Assembly: GCA_951406725.2 (NCBI GenBank)
Contig: OX597815.1
Location: 189,926,001 to 189,988,000, forward strand
Direction: 5' to 3'
From: Octopus vulgaris
Taxonomy: Eukaryota
DNA length: 62,000 nucleotides
Of the stretch, positions 37,660 to 50,790 are shown one piece after another. The notes under the pieces were generated by a model, which worked only from the letters and a program-made list of their open reading frames with translations, did no database searches and was not told the DNA's origin. The position numbers were made by a program, and so were the translations under genes. The stretch's first letter is position 1. Each line of letters opens with the position of its first letter.

Positions 37660-38845
37660 CGGTGAGCTGGCAGAATCGTTAGCACGCCAGGCGAAATGCT
37701 TAGCAGTATTTCGTCTGCCGCTACATTCTGAGTTCAAATTCCACCGAGGTCAACTTTGCCCTTCATCCTTTTGGGTCGATTAAATAAGTACCAGTTACAC
37801 ACTGGGGTCGACATAATCGACTTAATTCGTTTGTCTGTCCTTGTTTGTCCCCTCTGTGTTTAGCCCCTTGTGGGTAGTAAAGAAATAGGTATTTCCTCTG
37901 TTTTTACATTCTGAGTTCAAATTCCGCCAAGGACGACTTAGCCTTTCATCCTTTCGAGGTCGATTAGATAAGTACCAGTTACGCACTGGAGTCAATATAA
38001 TCGACTTAAGCCCCTTGTGGGTAGTAAAGAAATGGGTATTCTTTCAGTTTTTCTTTTACTCTGTTACTCGTTTAACTGTTTCAGCCATTAGACTGTGGCC
38101 ATGCTGGGACACCACCTTGAAGACTTTAGTTGATCAAGTTATCCCTTATATTCAAAGTTTGGTACTTATCCTAATAGTCTGTTTATTATTGAACTGCTGT
38201 GTTGGAGGGACATAAACAAACTAACACCAGTTAGCTGTCTGTGAGAGAGACAAACACACAGAGAAAGATGCACACACCATACTCTTGCTCTTCCCCCCAC
38301 TATCCATCTTTACTTTTTGTCGCCTCTGCCATTGCCAATCACCCCCTTATTGACACCACCCTACACATAGCCCCCACCTTCTCCCCAGCCACTTGTTCCT
38401 TCCTCCCTTTCACACATTCTGTTCCTTCAGATGTTCTTGCATCTGTTTGTCTTTTCTTTTCTCTCTCTAATTCTGTTTGTCTTTTCTTTTCACTCTTTAA
38501 TTCCACCCTACATTCACTTAACCAAATTTACCCTAAATCAGTATTTCTCAACCAGGGTTCATGTTGACCACTAGCATTTGGCCCGGCGTGCTAACGTTTC
38601 TGCCAGCTTGCTGCCTTACATAAAATATGTATTCTTTTCTACTCTAGGCATAAGGCCCAAAATTTTTGGGGAGAGACCCAGCCAATTAGATCGATTCCAA
38701 TTCACAACTGGTACTTGATTTATCAACCCTCGAAAGGTGAAAGGCAAAGTCGACCTCGGTGGAATTTGAACTCAGGATGTAAAGACAGACGAAATACCAC
38801 TAAGCATTTCACCCGGTATGCTAACGTTTCTGCCAGCTCGCCACC
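37660..38845. mobile_element. SINE B partial dimer (+, 37660-38040), diverged A 3' end (-, 38050-38235), SINE B pair (-, 38570-38845)
   Basis: Consensus matches. Confidence 0.8.
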
Positions 38846-40299
38846 TTGAATGGATAACATTTTTTAATTTTTTTATTTATCTAGTTTCAGCTCACATGCT
38901 GTGGCCATGCTGGGGCACCGCCATTTGGTGTTGCTACATGATTTTACTTCACGAGTGCTTTTTAGCAATTGCCATTTGGTGCATGAGAGAGTTCGATGCA
39001 GCTGCCCTCATCTGCACCTCCTGCCATGAAGTTGGTTCATCTGGGATGCCTGACAAGAAGAGATCCAGTTTCATTTTAAAGACATCTGCGTCCACCCCAT
39101 GCATGTCTCTTAGGTTCTTAGCATATAATGCTAAATAAAAAACCGGATGACTACAGCTGGAATGTGGATCCCTTTGTTTCTTATTTTATGGATCATAGGT
39201 CTGCTGGATCAAATTTAATCTGATAATAAAAAAATACAGTATTGCACTATAGGGACAATTATTGTCTTTTGTATTGGTGTCATTGGCAAGTATATATATG
39301 TTGGAAAGTATATATATGTAGTTATAAGATCTAAGGACCTAAGCGTAAGAAGTTTGTAAGCTTCAAGCAGTCCTTGGTGAGTAAAAAAAAATGTACAGGA
39401 ACAATAGCAACTTATTGGTGCCAAAGGCTGTAGGCTTTCAAATTATATCTATAGTGAGTTAAGTTGGGGTTCCTTAATGACAAAGTAATCTTCATATAAT
39501 TAATGTATCTGCAGCCTAGTGAGTAGCTAGTTGAGTACTCCTCATTGAGTAATTATGACATCAGAGGGTCAACTAGCTAGGAAACATATGCAGACTGGAT
39601 TTTAACTGCTCCTCTCCCTTAATTTGGATGTGTGTATGTCTGTCTGTCTGTGTCTATATTTGTTATTAGTGACAAGCAGTAATAGTTCAGAATAGCATTC
39701 TGTATATCTTACTCAATGTGGTTATGGTCTAGAAGCCAGAAAGTCTATGAGATGCTTTCTCAAGATGAATACCGCAGTAGTGTGGCTTTCTATAGTATAT
39801 ATCCAAGTAAACGGAAAAATATATACGTACATGCATACATAAATACATATACCCAATGCAGGAAAAGCAGTAAAATGTGACAACCGATGCACACCTTGCG
39901 TAGTTAACTCCAAAGATACCACCCACATCATATGCAGTTGTCCAAAAATGTCCTCATGGTATTATCTACATTGTAATCCAACATCAGACAGTTGTAAGAC
40001 CCACTCCGGTATCACACTATAGTTAACTAGACAAGTAAGGACATGACTGTCTATAACCAGCTTTGCCAACTTCTTGACCCCTCAACGTCCTATGTCACAG
40101 TATTTATAATGACTATCACATACCACTCATCGTGTGGGAGGGGTGTTCCATTATTACTATTATCCCCATAACGTCTCCACTTTTAATTTTGATTTTTTTC
40201 TCCTAGGGAGTGTAATTTTATTTCTTTTTATTAACAATAGTTTTTACATCACCCTACCTCCTTTTCGGGTTTTTGTTTTTTCATACAGTTATAAATTTA

Positions 40300-41000
40300 A
40301 TATTTTCCCGTTTGACATCCACTTCCAGGGACTCAGTACATTTTCTTCACTTAGCTTAAAACCTCATTCTCTTATCTTTTTGACAACCCTTTTTACATGT
40401 TCTAAATGTTGTTCGTGTGATCCACTTTTTATTAGGACATCATCTAGATTGGCAATAGTAAAATCACAGTCTGCCTGCATTGTATCCATTACTTGTTGAA
40501 ATACAGAAGGAGCCACTTTTGCACCAAAGGGAAGCCGTTCAAATTTAAACAAGCCACAGTGTGTATTAACGGCTAAGTGTGAGCATTCTTCTACTTGGAT
40601 AGGTAAATATGCCTCTGAGAGGTCTAATTTTGAGAAGAATTTCTCTCCATTCAATTATGCAAACACTTCTTCAGGACTCAGCGATGGGTAATTATGCGAG
40701 ATTAAGCAATCGTTCAAACCCATCGAAAAATATGCCCCAACTCATAACTTATTATTTTTCTTTTACATAGACCATAGGTGCTGTTCAATCTAAGTGGTCT
40801 GTCTTCTCAATTATTCTTAGCCTTTCAAGTCTTTCAAATTCCCTATTTACCTCTTCTAGCACCGTGAACGTTACATTATGCTTTTGGCTTAAATACAGGT
40901 GTTACGGTTTATTTTAATGCAATATTTTCCTTTGTTTTCATACAGCAGCCCAGTTCATTCGAAAAAACATCTGGGAATAAATGTTTTATTTTTCATTTCA
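40300..41000 (-). pseudogene. Gypsy reverse transcriptase remnant
   Basis: PDVFSNELG...APMVYVKK...FSKLDLSEAY...GLFKFERLPFG...FQQVMD...NLDDVLI (YLDD decayed); stops and frameshifts. Confidence 0.9.
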
Positions 41001-41029
41001 ATCCCTCAGCCGCATTCAAACCTTTGACT

Positions 41030-41912
41030 GAACCAACTATATTCCCACACAAAACACTTATGGGTGTATTTTACAATTTGAACAGTTCCATGCACTCTGA
41101 ACTGAATAGATTAACTGCATTTTTTAACACATATACTTTTGCCATTTTCATTTGGTCACAAATTGTCACATTACTGGGGTACCAGTCTTTCTCTTTTCCC
41201 TACCCTCTGCCTTCAGCACTTGACATTTTTATAGAGAACCCATTTCTTGTCACCACTATTCAGTCTAAAAATGGTTCATTCGTAAGACATGACAGCAAAA
41301 GAGAGCACACATTCAATGTCTGCGCGCGATGAGACTCAATAAGTTTGTGAAGAGCCTGCTGACTCAATTTGCTGACTTTTCCAATGGCATGTAGGTGTTG
41401 ATGAATGGTTGAATGACCAAATCCAAGCTTCTCTGCTAGTTCCTCAACCGTTAGGGTTTGCAGGACATCATCATCGAGCTCTGCAGATCTTCCAGGATAA
41501 GGCTCCTCTTCTAGGCTGTAGTTCCCAGCTTGCAATTTTGGGAACTACCGCTGATACTGGCTTATTGTCCAATCTCCATATACTACATTAATATTCTTCG
41601 CACTTTCCTTTGTGTTGTTGCCGTTATTGAACTCATAAAGCAAAATATGCCGAATATGCTCCTTTGTTACTTCCATAATAGCTTTGAAAAAATAACTGTT
41701 AAAATCGAACTGCACTCTTCAAAACTTGCACTAAGAATAAGGAACACGGTAAAATTACTACCTGCTTTTATAACAAATTGATATAGGTAGTTTATCCCAT
41801 CTCTCTCCAACTTTTAGTTAACAAACAAGTGGTATGTGATAGTCATGGTATGTGATAGTCATTACAAATACTGTGACATCACAAAAATCAAATTATCTAT
41901 AGGCTGACCCAA
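41030..41912 (-). mobile_element. Truncated mariner inserted at a TA in the Gypsy protease region
   Basis: ELDDDVL..LTVEELAEKLGFGHSTIHQHLHAIGKVSKL..FLD; one TIR (TA|TTGGGTCAGCC at 41914-41902); 3' end lost. Confidence 0.75.
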
Positions 41913-42059
41913 TACTTCCAAGTTTCTTCAGTTACAGTATCTAACTGCATTTTAACTCTTATATTATATTTTCAATCAACACATTTACGAATTCCCTCTT
42001 TGTCGCATTACCATTTTCTTTTGACAACATCTTGTTTACTTTTTCCTTTGTTCCAACGT

Positions 42060-43109
42060 TTTGTCATCTTGGTTTTTCAGGGCACTTTTATATATCCAGT
42101 TTTTCCACAACAGAAACATCCCACGTTCTTAAATGGACAGTTTTTTTCTCAGCTATAGACCGCCACATTCAAAACATGGCTTTGTTTCCTGACTTTTGTC
42201 CTGTTTCTACTGTATTTCAGTACAAACACGATTTCTATTCTGCCTGTTTTACACTTGTTTCGCTTGGGAACAATCTTTATGTTCAATTTTGTCTGTGACA
42301 TGTCTTCGATTTACTACTCTTTCACACTCTTCTGGCACTTGTGGTAAGGTTACAGCCTGGTTGTGTTCCAGTTTAGCAAGAATTCTTGTTCTTATTTCTG
42401 TGCTTTTTTCTGCCATTAGCCCCTGAGTAAATATCAGGCACTTGAGCATGTCTGGCATTAACTCATCCAGTTTGAACTTTTCACATTCTGTGTCAACTCT
42501 ACCAACATATGTGATGTAGTCCTCCTCATTGTTCTTTCCTAGATTCAAACATTTCCAGCATGTATTGAACAACAAGCTTTTCTTGCTAAAAATTCTACAC
42601 AATATGTCTTTTGTATTTTTAAAGTTTATATCAAAAGGGTTTTGCGGGAGTATGGAATTTCTGTGACCCTCATGTTCTTCTGCTGCCAGTTTTCTTAGGA
42701 TCAGACACGTATTCATATCGTCATCCCAATCTTTGCACTCTTTACTGAAGATCTGTTTGTATCTTATATAGTACACCTTGAAGTTAACTCCTTCATCTGG
42801 TTCGTATCGGAATTCTGTTAATTGAGTTTGCAACATTATCTGGTGAGAACATGTCCTTTCAGCATTTTTGGATAACTTACTATTCATTAATTGCAATATC
42901 TGCTGCTGTAATAATAACTGTTGTTGCAGTTGCTGTAATTGTTGTTGTTGTTGCAGCTCGAGCAAAGTGACCAACAATTCTTCCATAATTTTACAATTTT
43001 GTATATCATAAAATTCACACAAAAAACTGTTGTGAGTTTCATAACTCCTTGTGAATTTGTTTGATCCTAGTGAGTTTGTTAATTTCTTATCACCACTATT
43101 ATAATCCAA
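42060..43109 (-). pseudogene. Gypsy gag-like ORF with decayed zinc knuckles
   Basis: FRYEPDEG...LRKL..EEH...ILP..P.D..F...SLLFNTCWKCLNL...CEKFKLDEL...KCLIFTQGL...IRTRILAKLE, then PCFECGG...CPFKN..CFCCGKTG. Confidence 0.85.
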
Positions 43110-44009
43110 CTGTACTCCGGTATAGCAATACAGTTAGTTAGACAAGACACGACTATCTATGATTAACTTCAACTTCTCAATCACTTGACTTCCTACATCA
43201 CAGTATTTGTAACGACTAGCACAACCACATATCACATGGGAGGAGTGTTCTATAATTATCATTATCCCCATAACAATCTACCAATGAGACATGATATTGT
43301 AGCTAGGACACTGTATTACAAGATCCATCAAAAGGATAACCCTGAGTACAAAGAAATAAGAAACCACAGTATTGTAGAAGCCATAGCCACTCATAATAAA
43401 AAGGAATACTGGTGGAATGTCTCAGTGAAAACTTCAATAAAATGTAAGCACAACAGACCTGATATAATGATTTGGGATAGAGAAGAGAAACTGTGCACAG
43501 TTGTAGAAATTAGCTGCCCAACAGATGTTAACATAAAGCTGAAGATCAGTGTAAAAGAGAACACCTATGCTGAACTATTGAGAAATCTACAGTTACTCTA
43601 TCCAGATTACAAGTTCAGGTTTATACCTGTAGTTATTGGGGCTCTGTAATATGTAACACACTGCCTAAATACTAATCTTGAGAAATTAGGCTTTTCAAAT
43701 CCAGGAAGGAGAAAGCTAATTCGAAGACTACAGATCCAATCCATCACTGGAACTGTAAAAATCTGTAAAACTTTCCAGAAGTTTATCATTTAAATATATA
43801 TGAGCATGTCTAGATATGCAACTATATGCATGAGAATACTTACATAAAACAGAACATACAAATCTAAACATATACATACATACATACATACAAAAATACC
43901 CTGTTGTTGATGTTGAAATTCCAATGAAGTATCCTTGGATCTTGGTTAGAAACTAACTCTTTCCCTATTGGCAAGAAATCTTGAAATAAAACTGAATAAT
44001 GACATACAT

Positions 44010-44069
44010 ACATAACATATACATACATACATACATACATATATACATAAATAATATATACATACATAA

Positions 44070-44168
<99 letters not shown>

Positions 44169-44430
44169 ATATATATATATATATATATACATACATACAT
44201 ACATACGTACATACGTATGTATGTATAGACGTGTATGTGTTTATGTATGTATATATAAATATATATATACATATATATAAACATATACATACATACATAT
44301 ATGCATGCATGCATGTATGCATACATACATGGATGCATGCATACATACATATATACATAAAAAAATACACACACATTCACACACATATATGTATGTATGT
44401 ATGTATGTATATATGTACATCTTAAGTATG
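44010..44430. repeat. (CATA)n/(TCTA)n/(TA)n compound microsatellite
   Basis: Direct inspection. Confidence 0.95.
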
Positions 44431-44559
44431 TAGAACATTTTTCATTACTTGAAATTGTGCCAAGACTGCTATCATTCTTATGGCATTATTTCCAGCTATC
44501 AAAGTCATGATGGTGACAACTTCCCGACTTTATTATTATTGCTTCATCGTCTTTTTTGT

Positions 44560-45150
44560 TAAATGATTATAGCTTCTTCAGGCTCTCAACATATTATTAA
44601 AGTTTATCAATTCTTTGATTTATATACTCAATGGCAGCATTGCTAGACACATTTTATATAACCATGTAGTATCGTTTTGTTTGATATCAATATTAAAATG
44701 CCATATTAGATTATATGGAAACTACGCGTCTATTTCCCATGGGAGATATTAATTTTGCCATTTTCTTTGATATAATATTAACAGTTATTTGATGTGGGTT
44801 TTCTAACATTGCATTTTTTATTGTATTTTTTTGTTATTATTATTATTTTTTTTTGTAAGTATTGGATGTGTTGATGAATAATATTATTATATATTACAAT
44901 AGACCAAACTACTTAAATTTTCCAACTTTTAGATGTTTCATGAATGATAAAACAGAATGATAAAACTAACCAACAAGTTATTTTCCTGAAATATTTACAT
45001 CTTCACTTCAAAATATTCATATTATTTTCAGACTGATATTACCCAGAATTGATATTCTAATCTAATATCAAAGAATTTGTCAATTTTCTGAAATTTCTTT
45101 AGTGTAATTTTCTAGTTTGCCAAACACAATAGCTACGTTATTATTGGAAG
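44560..45150 (-). mobile_element. Possible highly decayed Penelope-like (GIY-YIG region) remnant
   Basis: With frameshifts the minus strand gives KCNVRKP..NNC*YYI and INIS(W)EI..PYN, resembling the CNCR...C..IIY and SWEI...PYN motifs; weak. Confidence 0.3.
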
Positions 45151-45224
45151 ATATTCCTTGGTTTCTTAACCAAAAATTTCATTTTTGATAGGGTTATTTT
45201 TTATTTGTTTTTTATCATTTATCT

Positions 45225-48200
45225 TTTACTTGTTTCAGTCATTAGACTGTGGCCATGCTGGGGCACCACCTTGAAGAATTTTTAGTTGAATAAATTCACC
45301 CCCCATGTACTTCTTGTTTATATTTTTTTAAAGCCTGGTACTTCTTTTATCACTCTCTTTAGCTGAAATATTATCAAGTTATGGGGGTCATAAACCCACC
45401 GACACCAGTTTTCAAGTGTTAGTGGGAAACAAACACAGGTACAGAGATATACACACACTCATACATACATACATGCATGCACACACACATGCATACACAC
45501 ATACACATGCACACACACACACACATGCACACATGACAGGCTTCTTTCAGTTTTCATCTACCAGATCCACTGATAAGGTTTAGATCAGCCTGAAGTTATA
45601 TTGGAAGACACTTGTGCAAGGTGCCACGCAGTAGGATTGAACCTGGAACCACGTGGCTGAAAAGTAAACTTCTTACCAAGCAGCCATACCTGTTGTGACT
45701 TTTGTTTCATTTTTCTCATTCAGTTGTGTTCCCCTTGTATTGGCTGGTTCCTTTCTCTCTGAAGTTCTCTTTAGAGATTTTTGTCTGCTACAGTAATGAA
45801 TTCTTACAAAGAATTTGAGATTATTATTATTATTATAGGATATTATTTACCATGGATCGTGGGGCGACCTGCTGTGGTTGAGGAGACCTATTGAGTCAAG
45901 TACATCAACATCAAAATAAAAATCAAATGGAAATTGTAGTTGTGATACCCTTGCCAGTGGCACATAAAAAGCACCATCTGAACATGGGCGATGCCAGCCT
46001 CCTCTGGCCCCTGTGCCGGTGGCACGTAAAAAGCACCCACTACACTCACAGAGTGGTTGGTGTTAGGAGGAGCATCTAGCTGTAGAAACACTGCCAGATC
46101 AGACTGGTGCAGCTTCCTGGCTTTCCAGACCCCAGTCGAACCATCCAACCCATGCTAGCATAAAAAACGGACGTTAAATGAAGCACAAGGTTTCAAAACT
46201 TTTGTGGGAAGATCAGTCATTTGAATCATTCCAATTTAATATATCAACCCCAAAAAGAACGTAAACTAAAGCTGACATAGTAAAGCTGACCTTTGCTGTT
46301 ACCAAACATTCCCTTACTGACACTGGCCCTCAAATATCCCTGACCTGCCCCACCAGAATCTTGCTTCTTTTTGTCTCCCACTCATTCTGGTCCTTCTGTT
46401 ATCTTTGTTCTCTGTCTGTTTGTTTCTCTGGTATTGTTGGCTTTTGATACCAAACAACCCACGACTGTCTATTGCTCCATGTTAAAAATTCCTTGTTTTA
46501 AAGCAATCTAAATTAAAACCTATAAAAATTCTTTATTAATTTACATTCCGAACACTAGTTTGATAACACTTTTACTCTTTTACTTGTTTCAGTCATTTGA
46601 CTGTGGCCATATTGGAGCACCACCTTTAGTCAAGCAAATTGACCCCAGGACTTATTCTTTGTAAGCCTAGTACTTATTCTATCAGTCTCTTTTGCCAAAC
46701 CACTAAGTTATGGGGACATAAACACACCAGCATCGGTTTGTCGGGGGACAAACACAGACACACAAACATATACATGCATATGCATACATACATACATATA
46801 CATATATAGGACGGGCTTCTTTCAGTTTCCATCTGCCAAATCCACTTACAAGGCCATGGCTATAGTAGAAGACACTTGCCCAAGGTGCCACACAGTGGGA
46901 CTGAACCCAAAACCATGTGGTTCGTAAGCAAGCTACTTACCACACAGCTACTCCTACAAACAAGTTATATTAAATTCTTCATTATTTTTAAAATGAATTC
47001 TAACAATGGTTGTGTATTTCATCAGAAATGTAATAACAAAAGGGTTAATCTCAGCTTAAACCTTGTCAAACAGCTCAACCATCAAAGATAATCTAGATGT
47101 GACCACCTTATCTTTTATATTTCAGAAATAGAATGCATTTGACAACAATATTAAATATATTTGCTTTGATCTTGAAAGTCAAAGTTGACCTTTGAACTCC
47201 AGAGTTGGAATAAATACTACAAGGTATTTTTCTCAAAGCATTAACTATTTATTAATCTATCTCTGACATTTTTGTATTTTACAAGAAGGATTTCAAACAG
47301 AAGTACAAATTTGCAAATTTTTGTGGCTAAAGGAGGAGTCAGTTATAAATGACCCCAGTAAATAATGAGTACCAAGTTACTTTAACACCCTAGAAAGAAT
47401 AAAAGGTAGAGTCACATTTGGTGGGATTTGAAGTCAGATAATAAAAAGCTGTAACCAACTACCACAAGGCACTCTATTCATTCTGCCAATCTGCCAGTCT
47501 CATCATCACCATCATCATCATCATCATCATCGTTTAACATCCGTTTTCTGCGCTAGCATGGGTTGGACGGTTCGACTGGGGTCTGGGAAGCCAGGAGGCC
47601 GCACCAGGCTCCAGTCTGATCTGGCAGTGTTTCTACAGCTGGATGCCCTTCCTAACGCCAACCACTCCGTGAGTGTAGTGGGTGCTTTTTACATGCCACC
47701 GGCACAGGTGCCAGGGGAGTCTGGCAGCGGCCACAATCAGTGCCAGACTCCCTTGGTACCTGTGCCAGTGGCACGTAAAAAGCACCATTCTTAATAATAT
47801 CGGATTTTGTTTGTTAAATGATTTTAAAAAAATAATTTATGAACACAGTGCAAGTATAACTATATGGTTCAGGAGCATGCTTCATAACCACATGAGTTTA
47901 GGTTCAGTTCCACTGCATGGCACCTGAGACAAGTGTCATGTACTACAGCCTCAGTTAACCTGATATCTTGTGAAGGATTCACAAGATACAAAAGAAGTTT
48001 TGTCCCATCTTAAATCCTTTCTACTGTAGACACAAGGCCTGAAATTTTGGGGGGCAGAGAGTAAGACATTTACATAAGCCCCCCAATGCTCAACCGGTAC
48101 TTAATTCATTAACCCTGAAAGAATAAAAGGCAAAGTCGACCTCAGTGAAATTTGAACTCAGAATAAGGGCATCCAGCTGTAGAAACTCTGCCAGATCAAG

Positions 48201-48294
48201 ATTGGAGCCTGGTGCAGCCATCTGGTTTGCCAGCCCTCAGTCAAATCGTCCAACTCATGCTAGCATGGAAAGCGGACGTTAAACGATGATGATA

Positions 48295-48326
<32 letters not shown>

Positions 48327-48365
48327 TGCAGCCTGGCATGTTAAAGATTCTGCCAGCTTGCTACC
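45225..48365. mobile_element. SINE cluster: old A (-, 45225-45680), long D (+, 45862-46180), A (-, 46570-46950), D (-, 47500-47790), B (-, 48010-48365) with D 3' end nested at 48165-48325
   Basis: Consensus matches; the nested D sits between CTCAGAAT and GCAGCCTGGCATGTTAAAG. Confidence 0.8.
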
Positions 48366-48825
48366 TTATGCCTGCAACTTATATCAAATTAATGTTTTGG
48401 TCCTAAGAATTAAATGGTTAAAAAATTTTTTTTTATATACTGGTTATTAGAGACTTATATTAACTGGTAATTGCAGAACTGGGTGCAGACTAAGGGATTT
48501 CCACCCCAGATATATTTTGTTATCTTACTTTAATACCTATGAGACTTTGTTTCATGGTGTTTTTTTTTTAGTTATTTTACAGCCTGTGTGCTGTCTTTAT
48601 TCTTTGCAACCTCTATATTTCCTAAGCCCAAAGAAAAACCCTTTATCAAGTCACTTCAACAGCTAAAAATAGCAACCAAATCTCCCTAGAATTACATCCT
48701 ACTTGAAGAATGTGCCACGACATTCTTTCATACTTTACTTGTTTAATTTATTGGATTCAGCCCATGCTGGAGCACCATCTTGATGGGGTTTTGTCAATCA
48801 AATCATCACCAGTATTATTTTAATC

Positions 48826-49600
48826 TTTTAGCATTCAGATTTTTCTTTTTGATTTAAAAAAAAAAAATTTTTTCTTGCAAGTACTCAGTGACCCTGTCAG
48901 TGCAGGTGCCACTTAAAAAGCACCCAGTCCGCATTGTAAATTGATTGGTATTTGAAAGAACATCCAGCTGTAAAAAGACTTGCCAAAACTGACCTCGCCT
49001 GTGCTTGTGCCATGTAAAAAGCACTAAGTCCACTCTGCTGAATGGTTGGTACTAGGAACGGCATCCAGCTGTAAAAAATCCTGTCAAAGCAATCACAGAA
49101 GTCTGGCACAGGCTTCTGCCTGACCAGCTTTTGTGAAACCGTCCCACCCATGCTAGCATGGAAGGCGGACATTAAACAAAGATGATTATTCCGTCAAGCA
49201 TAATGCTTATTATTCTCATTGTTTTGAATTAATCATACCTTTAAAATTTCGAGGATGTGAGTGTTTATTTTTAGAATGGTGTTGTAGGGTAAGTGTGAGA
49301 GGTAGGGTCTGGCTAGTTTTAACATAAAACAAGTAAAATATTTTGATTTTCAATATGTGACCACGTGTGTATCGTTGGTGATTTTCTTTCCCTGTCTTCC
49401 CTTCTTTGAACTTTTTCTATATTTCTGACAAAGAGCTCTGCTCAAAACGTGAAATCCACTTTCTTTTCTTTCCTTTCCTGAGCATCCAATAAGACTGTAC
49501 TTATTCCATGTCCTCACATTGTTGTTTTTCTTGCTTGTTCATGTTTGGATTAACTAGAATATTTTGGCGGGTCATTGCCAATTTAAATGCTAAATGGTTA
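48826..49600. mobile_element. Old piggyBac-like MITE (27357 family) split by SINE D (48890-49185) and a pLTR-like repeat (49355-49560)
   Basis: Pieces TTAATCTTTTTAGCATTC, GTTGTAGGGTAAGTGTGAGAGG...AACATAAAACAAG and TTTAAATGCTAAATGGTTA match 27357-27577 in order. Confidence 0.6.
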
Positions 49601-49739
49601 GGCCCGGTACTTCTTCCATCAATCATTCTTTGCCAAACTGCTAATTTATGGAATTATCTTATATTTTGCAGTATTTCCAAATCCCAGAGTGTGGGATGCC
49701 ATCAAAAGTTACTTTTTTACTATAGCTAATCCATGCTAT

Positions 49740-50481
49740 TCTGAGATATTTTGTTATTTACATGCTCTCCTTAATATCAATGATTATCACACGGTTTGGT
49801 CTTTATAAACCAGACACCCCTTTATAAAATGTTCTCTGCTCTTTTGATATGATTTTGTGTTTTCCTAGTGTGAAAAACAGTTTGCCAGAAAGTACAGATA
49901 TCAATGTTTTATACATTATTGATAGACAGGTGATCAGTTGATAATAATTCTTCGGCTGATGGTGTCTAGATCTTGGTGGATACAAGTTACTTTGATTTCC
50001 ATTAACCAGCCTCTCATATTATTTGTGATTGTTCCAACTGAATGTTAAAAAGTCTTACAAGAACTTTGGGTGTGTTTATATGATATTTCAACCAAACGTT
50101 TGGCACTCTATCAGTTTCAGTCGATTCCATTTTGGTATTCTGGTTCTTTAATTTTTATCTATTTTTCTATATATTATATATATATTTTTTTCCCTTCTCT
50201 TTTGTTCGGTTTCCTCTGTAATCCACACTGCCTTTTCGCCGTAACTGACTGCTGCTTTTCTTCCATACGTCTTCTCAATATTTCTTTATTACTGGTTTTG
50301 TTGGTGATTCTTTAATCTTTATGTTTGACTTATTTAATCTTCTATAGAATGTTCTGGGTTTTCTTTCAAATAGTTCATTATGTTTAAAGAAGCATTCATG
50401 CCTCTCAAATTGCTTAATATGTTGTGTCTTTGCTGATATTTCTTGTCTTTCTCATTCTCTCTCTCTGTATATATATATACA

Positions 50482-50556
<75 letters not shown>

Positions 50557-50790
50557 ATATCCATCTATCTATCATCTGTCTATCTCTTTTTTACTGTGAC
50601 TTCTTTTCCTTGATGTGATATTGTATTTTCTTAATATATATTATTTTGCTTCCATATTCTAATATTTGAGTTTCCTGTCTTCTGTTTACTCAGTATTGAT
50701 AGATTCCTAGCATCTTCCTTGAATCACATTTTTTTTTCTTCACGTTGCTATTATGGGTTTGTGTGAATATTCATTTGTCTTCTCAAGAAT
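49740..50790 (-). mobile_element. Fossil R4/Dong-clade LINE (pre-RT region and RT domains 1-2), interrupted by (TCTA)n
   Basis: QFERHECFFKHNELFERKPRTFYRRLNK...KESP...KY*EDVWK and PKNYYQLITCLSIMYKTL...EQ, versus the R4-type pattern PKNYRPITCL..TYK...EQKG. Confidence 0.7.

Larger units (their letters stand above)
39970..43275 (-). mobile_element. Internally deleted Gypsy (Mag/K02A2.6-like) LTR retrotransposon
   Basis: Direct repeats 39970-40173 and 43098-43275 (diverged LTRs); purine tract TTAAAAGTGGAGA before the 3' LTR; ATCTAC duplicated at 39964-69 and 43276-81; gag, protease and RT remnants; no RNase H or integrase. Confidence 0.9.
39850..44010 (+). mobile_element. 5'-truncated R4/Dong-clade RLE non-LTR retrotransposon (39850-39969 + 43276-44010), split by the Gypsy element
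   Basis: Joined reading: KCDNRCTPCVVNSKDTTHIICSCPKMSSWYYL|PMRHDIVA...RPDIMIWDREEKLCTVVEISCP...KENTY...IPVVIGAL = CX2CX8HX4C knuckle, RHD and PD-(D/E)xK nuclease; ORF ends ~43795. Confidence 0.85.

Noticed and set aside
43915-43965. CCAATGAAG...TTAGAAAC motif in the R4 3' UTR with hammerhead-like spacing
   Set aside because: The core is CCAAUGA rather than CUGANGA and the stems are poor in this copy.
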